Source of the DNA: a virus
DNA: 64,000 nt
Virus record (IMG/VR): IMGVR_UViG_3300031647_000001
Reading direction: 5' to 3' (one strand)
The position numbers and the translations under genes were made by a program. The notes below the pieces were generated by a model. It made no database searches, was not told where the DNA came from, and worked only from the letters and a program-made list of their open reading frames with translations. Positions 9,802 to 18,852 of this stretch are shown piece by piece. Numbering within the stretch: position 1 is the first letter of the stretch; each line of letters begins with the position of its first letter.

Positions 9802-10663
9802 AATCCATCAGTATCGTTTTGATAATTTTACAGGTCGAGAAGATATAATTCGTGAAGCTATGAATGAACTTGGCCACGAAGAAAGCGAAACTCCTGAATT
9901 GAATATATACAATCATTGTCATATATCAGAATTAGAAACTGAGAACAATATAATATTTAAACCCACTGGTCCTACTCATAAACATTTTGCATTAGATACT
10001 ATTGGTTATGCTAATAGTTCTTCTATTGCATTTAAAGAACCAGATTGGTTTCAGGTTCCTACGAAAGAAAATTTAGATTATATACAATCATTGATAAAAG
10101 CAAGATCTAATAAGTGGGATGATTCTATTCTACTAAAATGGAGAAAGGCAAAGAACGTAGCTGATGACCATATCTTAATTATAGGACAAGTTCCAACCGA
10201 CGAAACTGTAAATGGTTTTGGGTTTGGTGATCATTTTAAAAAGCTGCAGATGATTGTAAATAGTATTAAAGATAAAAACATAATAGTTAAGTTACATCCT
10301 TCTATGAAAATACGAGGAAGAACAAAAGATATAATCGATAAATGGATTCAAGATGGTATCGATGTAAGAACTGCTTTTGAATCCATACATGATTTTCTAC
10401 CTAAAACTAGAGTAGCTATATTAGAGAACAGCACAGCAGGTATAGAATGTATGATGCACGGAGTTCCTATTATATCCTATGGCTGGCCAGAGTATCATTG
10501 GCTTACTAAACAATTGCAATCACTAACTCAATTAGATGAAATAGTGACCGACTTAAGTTGGCACAGTGGTGTTAGTCAATCTATGTATATTAATTGGTAT
10601 ATAAATAAATATCTATGCAGTGATATAGCATCAACTAAAAATAGATTACAACAGATTATATAA
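9770..10663 (+). CDS. KpsS/KpsC-like (capsule polysaccharide synthesis family) GT-B protein
   Basis: ILIIGQVP.D, IIVKLHP and NSTAGIE.MMHG.P motifs typical of KpsS/KpsC-type transferases. Confidence 0.6.
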   Translation: MNGESSLVEYKIHQYRFDNFTGREDIIREAMNELGHEESETPELNIYNHCHISELETENNIIFKPTGPTHKHFALDTIGYANSSSIAFKEPDWFQVPTKENLDYIQSLIKARSNKWDDSILLKWRKAKNVADDHILIIGQVPTDETVNGFGFGDHFKKLQMIVNSIKDKNIIVKLHPSMKIRGRTKDIIDKWIQDGIDVRTAFESIHDFLPKTRVAILENSTAGIECMMHGVPIISYGWPEYHWLTKQLQSLTQLDEIVTDLSWHSGVSQSMYINWYINKYLCSDIASTKNRLQQII

Positions 10664-12162
10664 TGGAAACAGTTACCTACACCAAACTTAACGAAACATT
10701 CATGCGAATAGAATGCGAGGCAAGTACTGCACAAGAGATCTCTGAGCAGTTTTGTTTCTTTGTTCCTGGATATAAGTTCATGCCGGCCTATAAGAACAGA
10801 ATGTGGGACGGAAAGATCAGATTATTCAATATAAGGGACAAAACATTGTATTGTGGGCTTTTGAGCTATTTAAAGTCATTCTGTGCCGAAAGAGGCTATA
10901 CGATAAAAGCACACGATATCAATGGCTTAGAGCATTCGCATAAGTCCGATTTAAGGGCTTTAGAGGCCTATATTGCGAATCTGGGGCTCTCCGTGAATGG
11001 AGTAGGTATAACACCCAGGGACTACCAAATCGATGCACTCTCGTGCGCGTTAACAAACGGTAAAAGGTTGCTCCTATCCCCTACGGCTTCTGGCAAATCT
11101 TTAATCATATATATGTTACTTAGATACTATATGGATTTAGATCCTAGTAAGAAGGTTTTGATTATAGTTCCAACCACTTCATTAGTTGAACAGATGTATG
11201 CTGATTTCGATGATTACTCTAAGCTAGATAAAAATTGGCATGTCGATGAATGGTGTCATAGAATATATGCTGGTAAAGATAAAGACACTCATCATAGATG
11301 TATCATATCAACTTGGCAATCATTACATAAATTACCAGCTTCTAGTTTCGAACATATAGGTATGGTTATAGGAGATGAAGCTCACCAGTTTAAAGCTAAG
11401 TCATTAACATCAATATTAGAAAAATGCGTTAATGCTCCATTTAAGATTGGTACGACAGGAACACTAGATGGAACTCAAACTCATCAGTTAGTATTAGAAG
11501 GATTATTCGGACCAGTTTATAAAGTAACTACATCAAAAGAATTAATGGATAAAGGTTCATTAGCTCAGATGGATATCTCTATGTTGTTGTTAAAGTATAA
11601 AGAAGAATACTGTAAGCAAGTAACTAAAATGAAATATCAAGAAGAGATAGATTTTATTGTACGTTATGCTCCTAGGAATAACTTTATATCCAACCTAGCA
11701 TTAGATCAAAAAGGTAATACTTTAGTGTTGTTTAATTACGTAGAGAAACATGGTAAACCATTATACGATCTACTGAAGACTAAAATGGAAGGTGATCGTA
11801 AACTCTTCTATGTATCTGGTGAGACAAAAGTAGATGATAGAGAAAATATCAGAGCTCTTACTGAAACACAAAATGACGCGATCATCGTAGCTTCACTAGG
11901 AACATTCTCTACAGGTATTAATATCAAACGATTACATAATTTGATCTTTGCTTCACCATCTAAATCTCAGATAAGAGTATTACAGAGTATTGGTCGTGGA
12001 TTACGTATCAGTGGTGATGGTATAAATACTAAGGTATACGACATTACGGATGACTTACAACATAAAGGAAAGAAAAACTATACCTTAAACCACGCGGCAG
12101 AGCGCGTAAAAATTTATTCTAAAGAAAGATTTAAGTTTAAAGTTTACGATATAAATATATAA
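10663..12162 (+). CDS. uvsW: SF2 DNA helicase UvsW
   Basis: SPTASGKS, DEAH, TGT and QSIGRGLR helicase motifs; WDGKIRLF N-terminus. Confidence 0.96.
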   Translation: METVTYTKLNETFMRIECEASTAQEISEQFCFFVPGYKFMPAYKNRMWDGKIRLFNIRDKTLYCGLLSYLKSFCAERGYTIKAHDINGLEHSHKSDLRALEAYIANLGLSVNGVGITPRDYQIDALSCALTNGKRLLLSPTASGKSLIIYMLLRYYMDLDPSKKVLIIVPTTSLVEQMYADFDDYSKLDKNWHVDEWCHRIYAGKDKDTHHRCIISTWQSLHKLPASSFEHIGMVIGDEAHQFKAKSLTSILEKCVNAPFKIGTTGTLDGTQTHQLVLEGLFGPVYKVTTSKELMDKGSLAQMDISMLLLKYKEEYCKQVTKMKYQEEIDFIVRYAPRNNFISNLALDQKGNTLVLFNYVEKHGKPLYDLLKTKMEGDRKLFYVSGETKVDDRENIRALTETQNDAIIVASLGTFSTGINIKRLHNLIFASPSKSQIRVLQSIGRGLRISGDGINTKVYDITDDLQHKGKKNYTLNHAAERVKIYSKERFKFKVYDINI

Positions 12163-12163
12163 T

Positions 12164-12565
12164 ATGCTAACTACAAATAATAAGATTAATATAAGACAAT
12201 TCAAACTATCCAATGGTGAAGAAATCATTGCACTAGTTAATGAGAGAACCGATAACGGAGAGTATATTATAGAGAGACCGTTTAAGATTAGTAGTGGAAT
12301 GGTTGGGGGATTTTATTTCCATCCATGGTTTGCTTTCTCTTCTCAGAAAATGTTTAAGTTATCGAAAGACAAAATCCTTTATCATGTTGAAATTGATGAA
12401 GAGATAAAAAGCGAATACATCAAGCTAGCCGCCGAAAGCTCTAGTCCACGATCTCACTCACCAAGATTAAGATCCAAAGATGATATATTAGAAGAGTTAC
12501 AGACGGAGTTTGAAGATGAACTTAAAGATGAATCCTTTAATATGGAAACTGAAACAATACATTAA
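12164..12565 (+). CDS. Conserved T4-like hypothetical protein (Sm-like fold)
   Basis: KLSNGEEII motif shared with ORF 27358; TATAAATA at 12150-12157 upstream. Confidence 0.65.
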   Translation: MLTTNNKINIRQFKLSNGEEIIALVNERTDNGEYIIERPFKISSGMVGGFYFHPWFAFSSQKMFKLSKDKILYHVEIDEEIKSEYIKLAAESSSPRSHSPRLRSKDDILEELQTEFEDELKDESFNMETETIH

Positions 12566-12600
12566 ATTAGTATACCCCTTTCCCCCGAGTGGACTATAAT

Positions 12601-12629
12601 ATTATATCATACTTTCTAGCAAATGTACA
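12601..12629 (-). promoter_or_regulatory. Minus-strand sigma70-like promoter
   Basis: Reverse complement reads GGTGTACA-N17-TATAAT with TG extended -10, the same consensus as the + strand promoters. Confidence 0.7.
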
Positions 12630-12663
12630 CCTTTATTTGCAATAAAATGAAATTAAATAACTA

Positions 12664-12692
12664 TGTACATTCACGTGAAACTGTGTTATAAT
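12664..12692 (+). promoter_or_regulatory. Sigma70-like promoter for gp55-47-46
   Basis: TGTACA-N17-TATAAT. Confidence 0.8.
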
Positions 12693-12702
12693 ATATTATT
12701 AT

Positions 12703-13284
12703 ATGGAGAAACCAATGACTGAAAAAACAAAGAAGCCGCATTATATAAACAATAAAGACTTCTCTCAAGCTGTGATGGATTATGCCACATCAGTACACGA
12801 AGCTAGAGCAAAAGAAACCGAAATACCTAAAGTTACTAATTATATTGCGACATGCTTTATTAAGATATCCGAAGGATTGAGCCGAAGGCCCAATTTTATA
12901 AGGTATACCTATAGAGAAGAAATGGTAATGGATGGAGTAGAAAATTGTTTAAGAGCTATTAATAATTATAACATCGATAAAGCTACTCGTACTGGTAAGC
13001 CTAATGCATTCTCATACTTCACACAAATAGTATACTTTGCATTCTTAAGAAGGATTGCTAAAGAGAAAAGACAGCAAGACATTAAGTTTAAATTCATTGA
13101 AAAAATGGGTATCGAAGACTTTGTTGCAATGGGAATGGACGGTGAAGGCGCTGAACAAACAATGCAATATGTAGATACACTAAGGCAAAGGATTAGTAGA
13201 GTACAAGATACTGATCAGAAGCTTAAAGAGTTTGCTAAAGAAGAAAAGAAGAAACTTAAAAAATTAGAGTTGTTCATGGCATGA
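12703..13284 (+). CDS. gp55: Late transcription sigma factor
   Basis: HYINNKDF, PNF..YTYREEM..DG.ENCL and NAFSYFTQI.YFAFLRRI.KEK motifs. Confidence 0.96.
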   Translation: MEKPMTEKTKKPHYINNKDFSQAVMDYATSVHEARAKETEIPKVTNYIATCFIKISEGLSRRPNFIRYTYREEMVMDGVENCLRAINNYNIDKATRTGKPNAFSYFTQIVYFAFLRRIAKEKRQQDIKFKFIEKMGIEDFVAMGMDGEGAEQTMQYVDTLRQRISRVQDTDQKLKEFAKEEKKKLKKLELFMA

Positions 13285-14342
13285 AGATAGCGATTATTAA
13301 TGACACACATTGTGGTACAAGAAATTCGAGTGATATCTTCTTAGAATACCAAGGCAGATTTTATGAAGAGATATTTTTTCCGTATTTAAAAGAACATAAC
13401 ATTACACAAATATTGCATCTAGGAGATTACTATGAGCACAGAAAATTCGTCAACTTTAAAGCACTCAATGCTAATCGTAAGCATTTTCTTGAGCCTATGC
13501 GCGATGCAGGTATTACCATGGATATTATACCCGGAAACCATGACGTCTATTTTAAAAACACAAACGAATTGTGTAGTCTCAAAGAACTGCTTGGCTATTT
13601 TACCTCTAATGTAAATATTATAATGAAGCCAACTGTCTTAGATTATGCTGGACTAAATGTTGCGCTTATACCATGGATCAATAATGCTAACTATAAAGAG
13701 TATGTTGATTTTGCTTTGAATTGTAAAGCAGATATTCTTGGAGCTCATTTAGAATTAAAAGGATTTGATATGATGGCTGGATTTCCTAATCCCCATGGTA
13801 TGAGTGCTGATATATTCTCTAGGTTTGAACAAGTACTTTCAGGTCATTTTCATACTAGATCAAGCAGAGATAATGTCAAATACTTAGGTTCACAATTTGA
13901 AATGACGTGGGCTGATGTAGATGATAATAAATTTTTTCATGTATTAGATACTGAAACAAGAGAAGTAACTCCTGTACGTAATCCTATTACTATATTTAAG
14001 AAGTTTATATATGACGATGTAACACACGATTATAGCAATATAGATGTAAAAGAGTTCGAACACAAGTTTGTAAAGGTCATTGTATTAAACAAAACTGATC
14101 TCTATATGTTTGATAGGTTCATTGATAAATTACAATCAATCGAAACTTATGAGCTCAAAATAGCTGAGAACTTTGAAGAATTTCTAGGTGAAAGCGTTGA
14201 AGATGATAAAGTCTCTTTAGAAGATACTACGGAATTACTTGATTCCTATGTCGAAGCGGTCGATACAGATCTTGATAAAGAACATATAAAAGTGAAATTG
14301 AGAGGACTCTATACAGAGGCTCAAAACCTAGAGGTAGTATGA
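13281..14342 (+). CDS. gp47: Recombination endonuclease subunit (Mre11/SbcD-like)
   Basis: DTHCG, HLGD, PGNHD and SGHFH metallophosphoesterase motifs. Confidence 0.96.
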   Translation: MKIAIINDTHCGTRNSSDIFLEYQGRFYEEIFFPYLKEHNITQILHLGDYYEHRKFVNFKALNANRKHFLEPMRDAGITMDIIPGNHDVYFKNTNELCSLKELLGYFTSNVNIIMKPTVLDYAGLNVALIPWINNANYKEYVDFALNCKADILGAHLELKGFDMMAGFPNPHGMSADIFSRFEQVLSGHFHTRSSRDNVKYLGSQFEMTWADVDDNKFFHVLDTETREVTPVRNPITIFKKFIYDDVTHDYSNIDVKEFEHKFVKVIVLNKTDLYMFDRFIDKLQSIETYELKIAENFEEFLGESVEDDKVSLEDTTELLDSYVEAVDTDLDKEHIKVKLRGLYTEAQNLEVV

Positions 14343-16054
14343 TACATTTTAAACTTGTTAGGTGGAAGAACTTTCTTTCCACCGGTAATGAATTCATTGA
14401 AGTAAAACTAGATAAATCACCTACTACTCTCATAGTAGGTCAAAATGGCGCAGGCAAATCCACACTATTAGATGCCCTATCATTCGCGCTGTTTAATAAA
14501 CCCCATAGAGACATTAAGAAAGACCAGTTAATTAACTCTATCAATAAGAAGCAATGCGTTGTCGAAGTTGAATTCGATATCGGCGGAATAGAATTTAAAG
14601 TTATTAGGGCTATCAAGCCAGGAAGATTTGAGATCTGGCAGAATGGTAATCAAGTTAATCAGGCAGCAAATGCAAGGGACCATCAAAAGTTCCTTGAACA
14701 AAATATACTTAAGTTAAATCATAAGTCGTTTCACCAAATAGTTGTATTAGGGAGTAGTTCGTTTATTCCTTTTATGCAGTTACCGGTATGGTCTCGCAGG
14801 GAGGTGATTGAAGACCTACTAGACATAAACATATTCTCGAAAATGAATCAAATTCTAAAAGAGAGAAATGCAACTATTCGAAACAATCTAATTGATATTA
14901 ACCATAGCCTTGAGCTCATCAAAACAAAGATGGCATCTCAAGATAAGTATATTACAGATCTTAATGCTATTAATAAGGATCAGATTGGACAGAAGAAAGA
15001 TTCTATGGAAATACATTCCATTAGGATTAAAGATATCTTTAAGGAATCAAAAACCTTAGGAGAAAATCTTACAGCTTCGTTGAGATCTGAAACTACAAAT
15101 TATGAGAAGCAAATAGATCAGATATCTGATTTTAAATCTCATGATAATACATTAAATAATTCTATTAAAAAGCTAGTACAGGATGCGAAATTTTATGAAG
15201 AGAATGATGAATGCCCAACGTGTGACCAATCAATCGAGGAGTCGAAGAAGACAACAAAGATTGCAGCAATCAAAACTGAAGCCGGAAGTATTCAACAAGA
15301 AAAACAAGACCTTGACAGAAAATTAAGCGTATTAAATACTACCACTAAATCAATTAATCAGAGTATAGAGAAACTAAGAGAACGTCAGAATAAAATCAAT
15401 TCTAACAACGATCAGATTTCTTTATTACAACATGAGATTGATAAGATCCAAAAAGAGATCTCATCTCTATCGGGTCAAAGCGGTGATATTAAACAGGCTA
15501 AGAAAGATCGTATAATATTACAGAGTGATAAAGATTCTGAAACCGAACGTAAATTAACTATGGTCGAAGAAAGAACTTATAACGAAGTAATTGGAGAGAT
15601 GTTAAAAGATACTGGAATCAAAACAAAAGTAGTAAAGCAATATTTACCTGTAATGAATAGGTTCATAAATCAATACTTACAGATTCTAGATTTCTTTGTA
15701 GCATTTCACTTAGACGAAAACTTTAATGAAACTATTAGGTCAAGACACAGAGATACATTTAACTATGCATCTTTCTCAGAAGGAGAGAAACAAAGAATCG
15801 ATTTGTCTCTTCTATTCACTTGGCGCCAAATCGCTAAGATGAAAAATTCAGCAGCTACTAATCTATTAATCTTGGATGAAACATTCGATTCAAGCTTAGA
15901 TGTAGATGGCATTGAAAACTTAACAAAGATCTTAAGTACACTTGATGATGATACAAATGTATTCATTATATCTCATAAGGGTGATGTTCTGGAAAACAAA
16001 TTCAGATCAAAGATTGAGTTCTATAAGGAAAAAGACTTTAGTAAAATAAAGTAA
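14339..16054 (+). CDS. gp46: Recombination ATPase subunit (Rad50/SbcC-like)
   Basis: GQNGAGKST Walker A, CPTC zinc hook, FSEGEK signature, LILDE Walker B. Confidence 0.97.
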   Translation: MIHFKLVRWKNFLSTGNEFIEVKLDKSPTTLIVGQNGAGKSTLLDALSFALFNKPHRDIKKDQLINSINKKQCVVEVEFDIGGIEFKVIRAIKPGRFEIWQNGNQVNQAANARDHQKFLEQNILKLNHKSFHQIVVLGSSSFIPFMQLPVWSRREVIEDLLDINIFSKMNQILKERNATIRNNLIDINHSLELIKTKMASQDKYITDLNAINKDQIGQKKDSMEIHSIRIKDIFKESKTLGENLTASLRSETTNYEKQIDQISDFKSHDNTLNNSIKKLVQDAKFYEENDECPTCDQSIEESKKTTKIAAIKTEAGSIQQEKQDLDRKLSVLNTTTKSINQSIEKLRERQNKINSNNDQISLLQHEIDKIQKEISSLSGQSGDIKQAKKDRIILQSDKDSETERKLTMVEERTYNEVIGEMLKDTGIKTKVVKQYLPVMNRFINQYLQILDFFVAFHLDENFNETIRSRHRDTFNYASFSEGEKQRIDLSLLFTWRQIAKMKNSAATNLLILDETFDSSLDVDGIENLTKILSTLDDDTNVFIISHKGDVLENKFRSKIEFYKEKDFSKIK

Positions 16055-16062
16055 ATCTTGCA

Positions 16063-16139
16063 GTGCTCATAGCTCAATTGGATAGAGCAACAGCCTTCTA
16101 AGCTGTAGGTTCCAGGTTCAAGTCCTGGTGGGCACACCA
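16063..16139 (+). tRNA. tRNA-Arg (anticodon TCT)
   Basis: Acceptor stem GTGCTCA/TGGGCAC, D-arm AGCTCAATTGGATAGAGC, anticodon arm ACAGC-CTTCTAA-GCTGT, T-arm GGTTCAAGTCC, encoded CCA. Confidence 0.95.
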
Positions 16140-16158
16140 ATTAATAAAGGAAACACAA

Positions 16159-16365
16159 ATGGAAATGACGTACCTTGAGTATAAACTTAAGATGGACAGT
16201 CATGGTATACAGTTCTCTGATGATAAAGATCGAATTACTATGGCTACACTCACAGAAAGACACGGATTTGAAGAAGGTGATATGTTCAGATTCTCTACTG
16301 ATTCAGAAGGAAAGTTGATGTTACAGAAGGTAAAAATGCCAACAATTGCTGATATCTTGCAATAA
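16159..16365 (+). CDS. Small hypothetical protein (possible AbrB-like hairpin)
   Basis: RBS AAGGA; GFEEGD.F.F pattern. Confidence 0.5.
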   Translation: MEMTYLEYKLKMDSHGIQFSDDKDRITMATLTERHGFEEGDMFRFSTDSEGKLMLQKVKMPTIADILQ

Positions 16366-16389
16366 ATGTGAAATTAACGAAAATAAAGG

Positions 16390-16418
16390 TGTACATTTGC
16401 TAAGAACTATGGTATAAT
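16390..16418 (+). promoter_or_regulatory. Sigma70-like promoter inside a ~60-bp repeat
   Basis: TGTACA-N17-TATAAT; near-identical copy at 18782-18810. Confidence 0.8.
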
Positions 16419-16455
16419 ATACTTATATTGAGAATAAAGTAATGGGAGTTAATTT

Positions 16456-18681
16456 ATGTATAATACCACAGTAGCCAAACTACTAGCCAAAGAGAACATA
16501 GAAGTTCAATACGGCAACTATCAAACAGCATGGTTCGACATCGAATCTAGAACTCTAGGCTTGCCTTTATGGAAAGACATGGGTAAAGATGTGCACGATC
16601 TATTTGTAGGTCATGAAGTTGGTCATGCTCTCTATACACCATACGAAGGTTGGCACGATTCTCCAACGAATGTAGAAAAACTACATGGTTGCCCTAGGTC
16701 ATATATTAATGTATGTGAAGATGCTAGGATCGAAAGAATGATTAGATCTGAATATCCAGGACTTGTAGGTCCAATGGCTAGAGGATACAAAGTCTTAGCT
16801 AACCAAGAATTCTTTGGTGATATTAATAATGTTGATTTTGATTCAGTAAAGCTAATCGATAAAATCAACTTAAAAGCAAAATTACAAACTCTTATTGAAG
16901 TTCCGTTTAATAACGAAGAAGCTACTTTATATAGAAAAACAATGACAACCGAAACCTTCGATGAAGTGATCGATATAGTAAAAGAGATATTAGCTTATAC
17001 AAAAGAAAATACTCCTGAGTTAATTGCTAAGCCAGAACCACAACCTGAGGAAGAGAATAAGAGTGAAGAAGAACAACAAGAACCACAATCCCAAGCAGAC
17101 GCAGATCCAACCTCAGATGGACACGACGATGGCGAAAGCACCGAGTCAAACAATACTGACACTACAGAAAACAAGGAAGAAGAAGGAGACTGTAGTTCTA
17201 CGGAATCTGAAGAGCAAGAAGAAAGTGACGATGACACTCCGCAGAAAGAAAAGGCTGCAAGTAAAAACCCTGAAGCAGGTGTAGAAGAGGAAGATCATTC
17301 TATTACTGATATGATTTATAGAAACTCTGAAGAAAGATTACTTGAGCAAGATTCACATGGTCAGCAAACTCTCCTTGGAAGAGATAGAGGTAAAGATACT
17401 ATTAAGTCATCTGTTATACCTTACCCTCTACTTAAAGAATCTAGAGCTCAGAAAATAAAAGATAACAGATATGGATCTGATGATTCTGACATCATGGATG
17501 ATTACCCAACGTATATGAAAGCTGTTAAGAAAGCTACTAACGTTGCAGTAAAAGAATTCGAAATGAAGAAGGCTGCTTTTCAATGGCAGAGAGCTGCTAC
17601 TGCAAAGACTGGATTATTAGATACTGATTCTATTCACGCATACAAAACATCTGATGATATCTTTAAGAGAGTTACCAATTTGGCTGATGCTAAAAATCAT
17701 GGTATGATTATGATAATCGATTACTCAGGTTCTATGATGTCGACAATGCATCACGTACTTGATCAGTTAATTCACCTATCAACCTTTTGTAAAGCAATCA
17801 ATATACCATTCGATGTATATGCTTTCACAACTTCAGGCTGGAGAAATGATGACATCGATGAATGGAAAATGAAAGATGGAGAGGTTGATTTCGATAATCT
17901 TAAAATGCCTCATCTACTATCTTCTACATTTAAGAAAGCAGATTACAACGATGCTATTCAAAGTCTATACAAAAAAATGCTAGCGAACAAAACATCAAGT
18001 CAAAGATGGGATTCAGAAAGCTGGAAGAATTACGATGAAGATATGTATACATCTAAGTATGAGCAATATGGTTCAACACCACTTGATGCAGCATTGATTG
18101 TAACTCATCACTTAGTTAACTCGTTTAGAAAGAAGCATGCTGTCGATAAGATGAACTTATGTGTTATCTCAGATGGAGATTCAAATCATCTAAACGTTGC
18201 TAGAGATGCAAAGTTATCAAAGAAGCTATACGCTGAAACAAGAAGCAATTACAGTAATGGTATGAAACTAGTAGTTGATAGAAAACTGATTAACCTTGAA
18301 GGATACAGAACTCAAGCTACCAAATGCTTACTAGATAACCTATCAAAAAGATATGGTGTAACCACCCTTGGATTCTTTATTGCTCAAGACAGGCATGACT
18401 GGAACAACAAGATAGCTCAAGTATCTGGCTATGGTTCAACTAATAAGTGCAACAAAGAATATACAAAGAATAAAGTTGTTGTAATGAATAATACTATAGG
18501 ATACGACAAGTTCTTTCTACTAAAAGGTGGCAAAGATCTGGCAGTTAATTCACCTGAAATGGATGATATGATTACAGGTGATATGAGTACAGCTCAGATC
18601 AGAGCAGGGTTCAAAAAGTATACCAAAGGCAAAAGGAATTCGAAAGTATTAATGAAGCAACTAGGTGGGATAATCGCCTAG
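16456..18681 (+). CDS. Metallopeptidase-like (HEVGH) plus vWA domain protein, CobT-like
   Basis: HEVGH...ED.RIE at N-terminus, acidic linker, MIDAS-like DYSGSM, STPL and SDG. Confidence 0.8.
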   Translation: MYNTTVAKLLAKENIEVQYGNYQTAWFDIESRTLGLPLWKDMGKDVHDLFVGHEVGHALYTPYEGWHDSPTNVEKLHGCPRSYINVCEDARIERMIRSEYPGLVGPMARGYKVLANQEFFGDINNVDFDSVKLIDKINLKAKLQTLIEVPFNNEEATLYRKTMTTETFDEVIDIVKEILAYTKENTPELIAKPEPQPEEENKSEEEQQEPQSQADADPTSDGHDDGESTESNNTDTTENKEEEGDCSSTESEEQEESDDDTPQKEKAASKNPEAGVEEEDHSITDMIYRNSEERLLEQDSHGQQTLLGRDRGKDTIKSSVIPYPLLKESRAQKIKDNRYGSDDSDIMDDYPTYMKAVKKATNVAVKEFEMKKAAFQWQRAATAKTGLLDTDSIHAYKTSDDIFKRVTNLADAKNHGMIMIIDYSGSMMSTMHHVLDQLIHLSTFCKAINIPFDVYAFTTSGWRNDDIDEWKMKDGEVDFDNLKMPHLLSSTFKKADYNDAIQSLYKKMLANKTSSQRWDSESWKNYDEDMYTSKYEQYGSTPLDAALIVTHHLVNSFRKKHAVDKMNLCVISDGDSNHLNVARDAKLSKKLYAETRSNYSNGMKLVVDRKLINLEGYRTQATKCLLDNLSKRYGVTTLGFFIAQDRHDWNNKIAQVSGYGSTNKCNKEYTKNKVVVMNNTIGYDKFFLLKGGKDLAVNSPEMDDMITGDMSTAQIRAGFKKYTKGKRNSKVLMKQLGGIIA

Positions 18682-18781
18682 TGCACCAGCGTGAATCTAA
18701 GTGGGTAACCCCCTTGCTTCTCTGTTTAGATGCACACACGATCACTCATCAGAAATAAAATGAAATTAACGAAAATAAAGG

Positions 18782-18810
18782 TGTACATTTGCAAAGAACT
18801 ATGGTATAAT
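18782..18810 (+). promoter_or_regulatory. Sigma70-like promoter inside a ~60-bp repeat
   Basis: TGTACA-N17-TATAAT; flanks nearly identical to 16364-16430. Confidence 0.8.
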
Positions 18811-18852
18811 ATACCTATATTAAAAAATAATAATAGATAAGGAGTCTACATT

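Noticed and set aside
18684-18736. Possible structured RNA after the vWA gene (GTGAATCTAA...TTAGATGCAC)
   Set aside because: Pairing is short and imperfect with no second copy; not distinguishable from chance.
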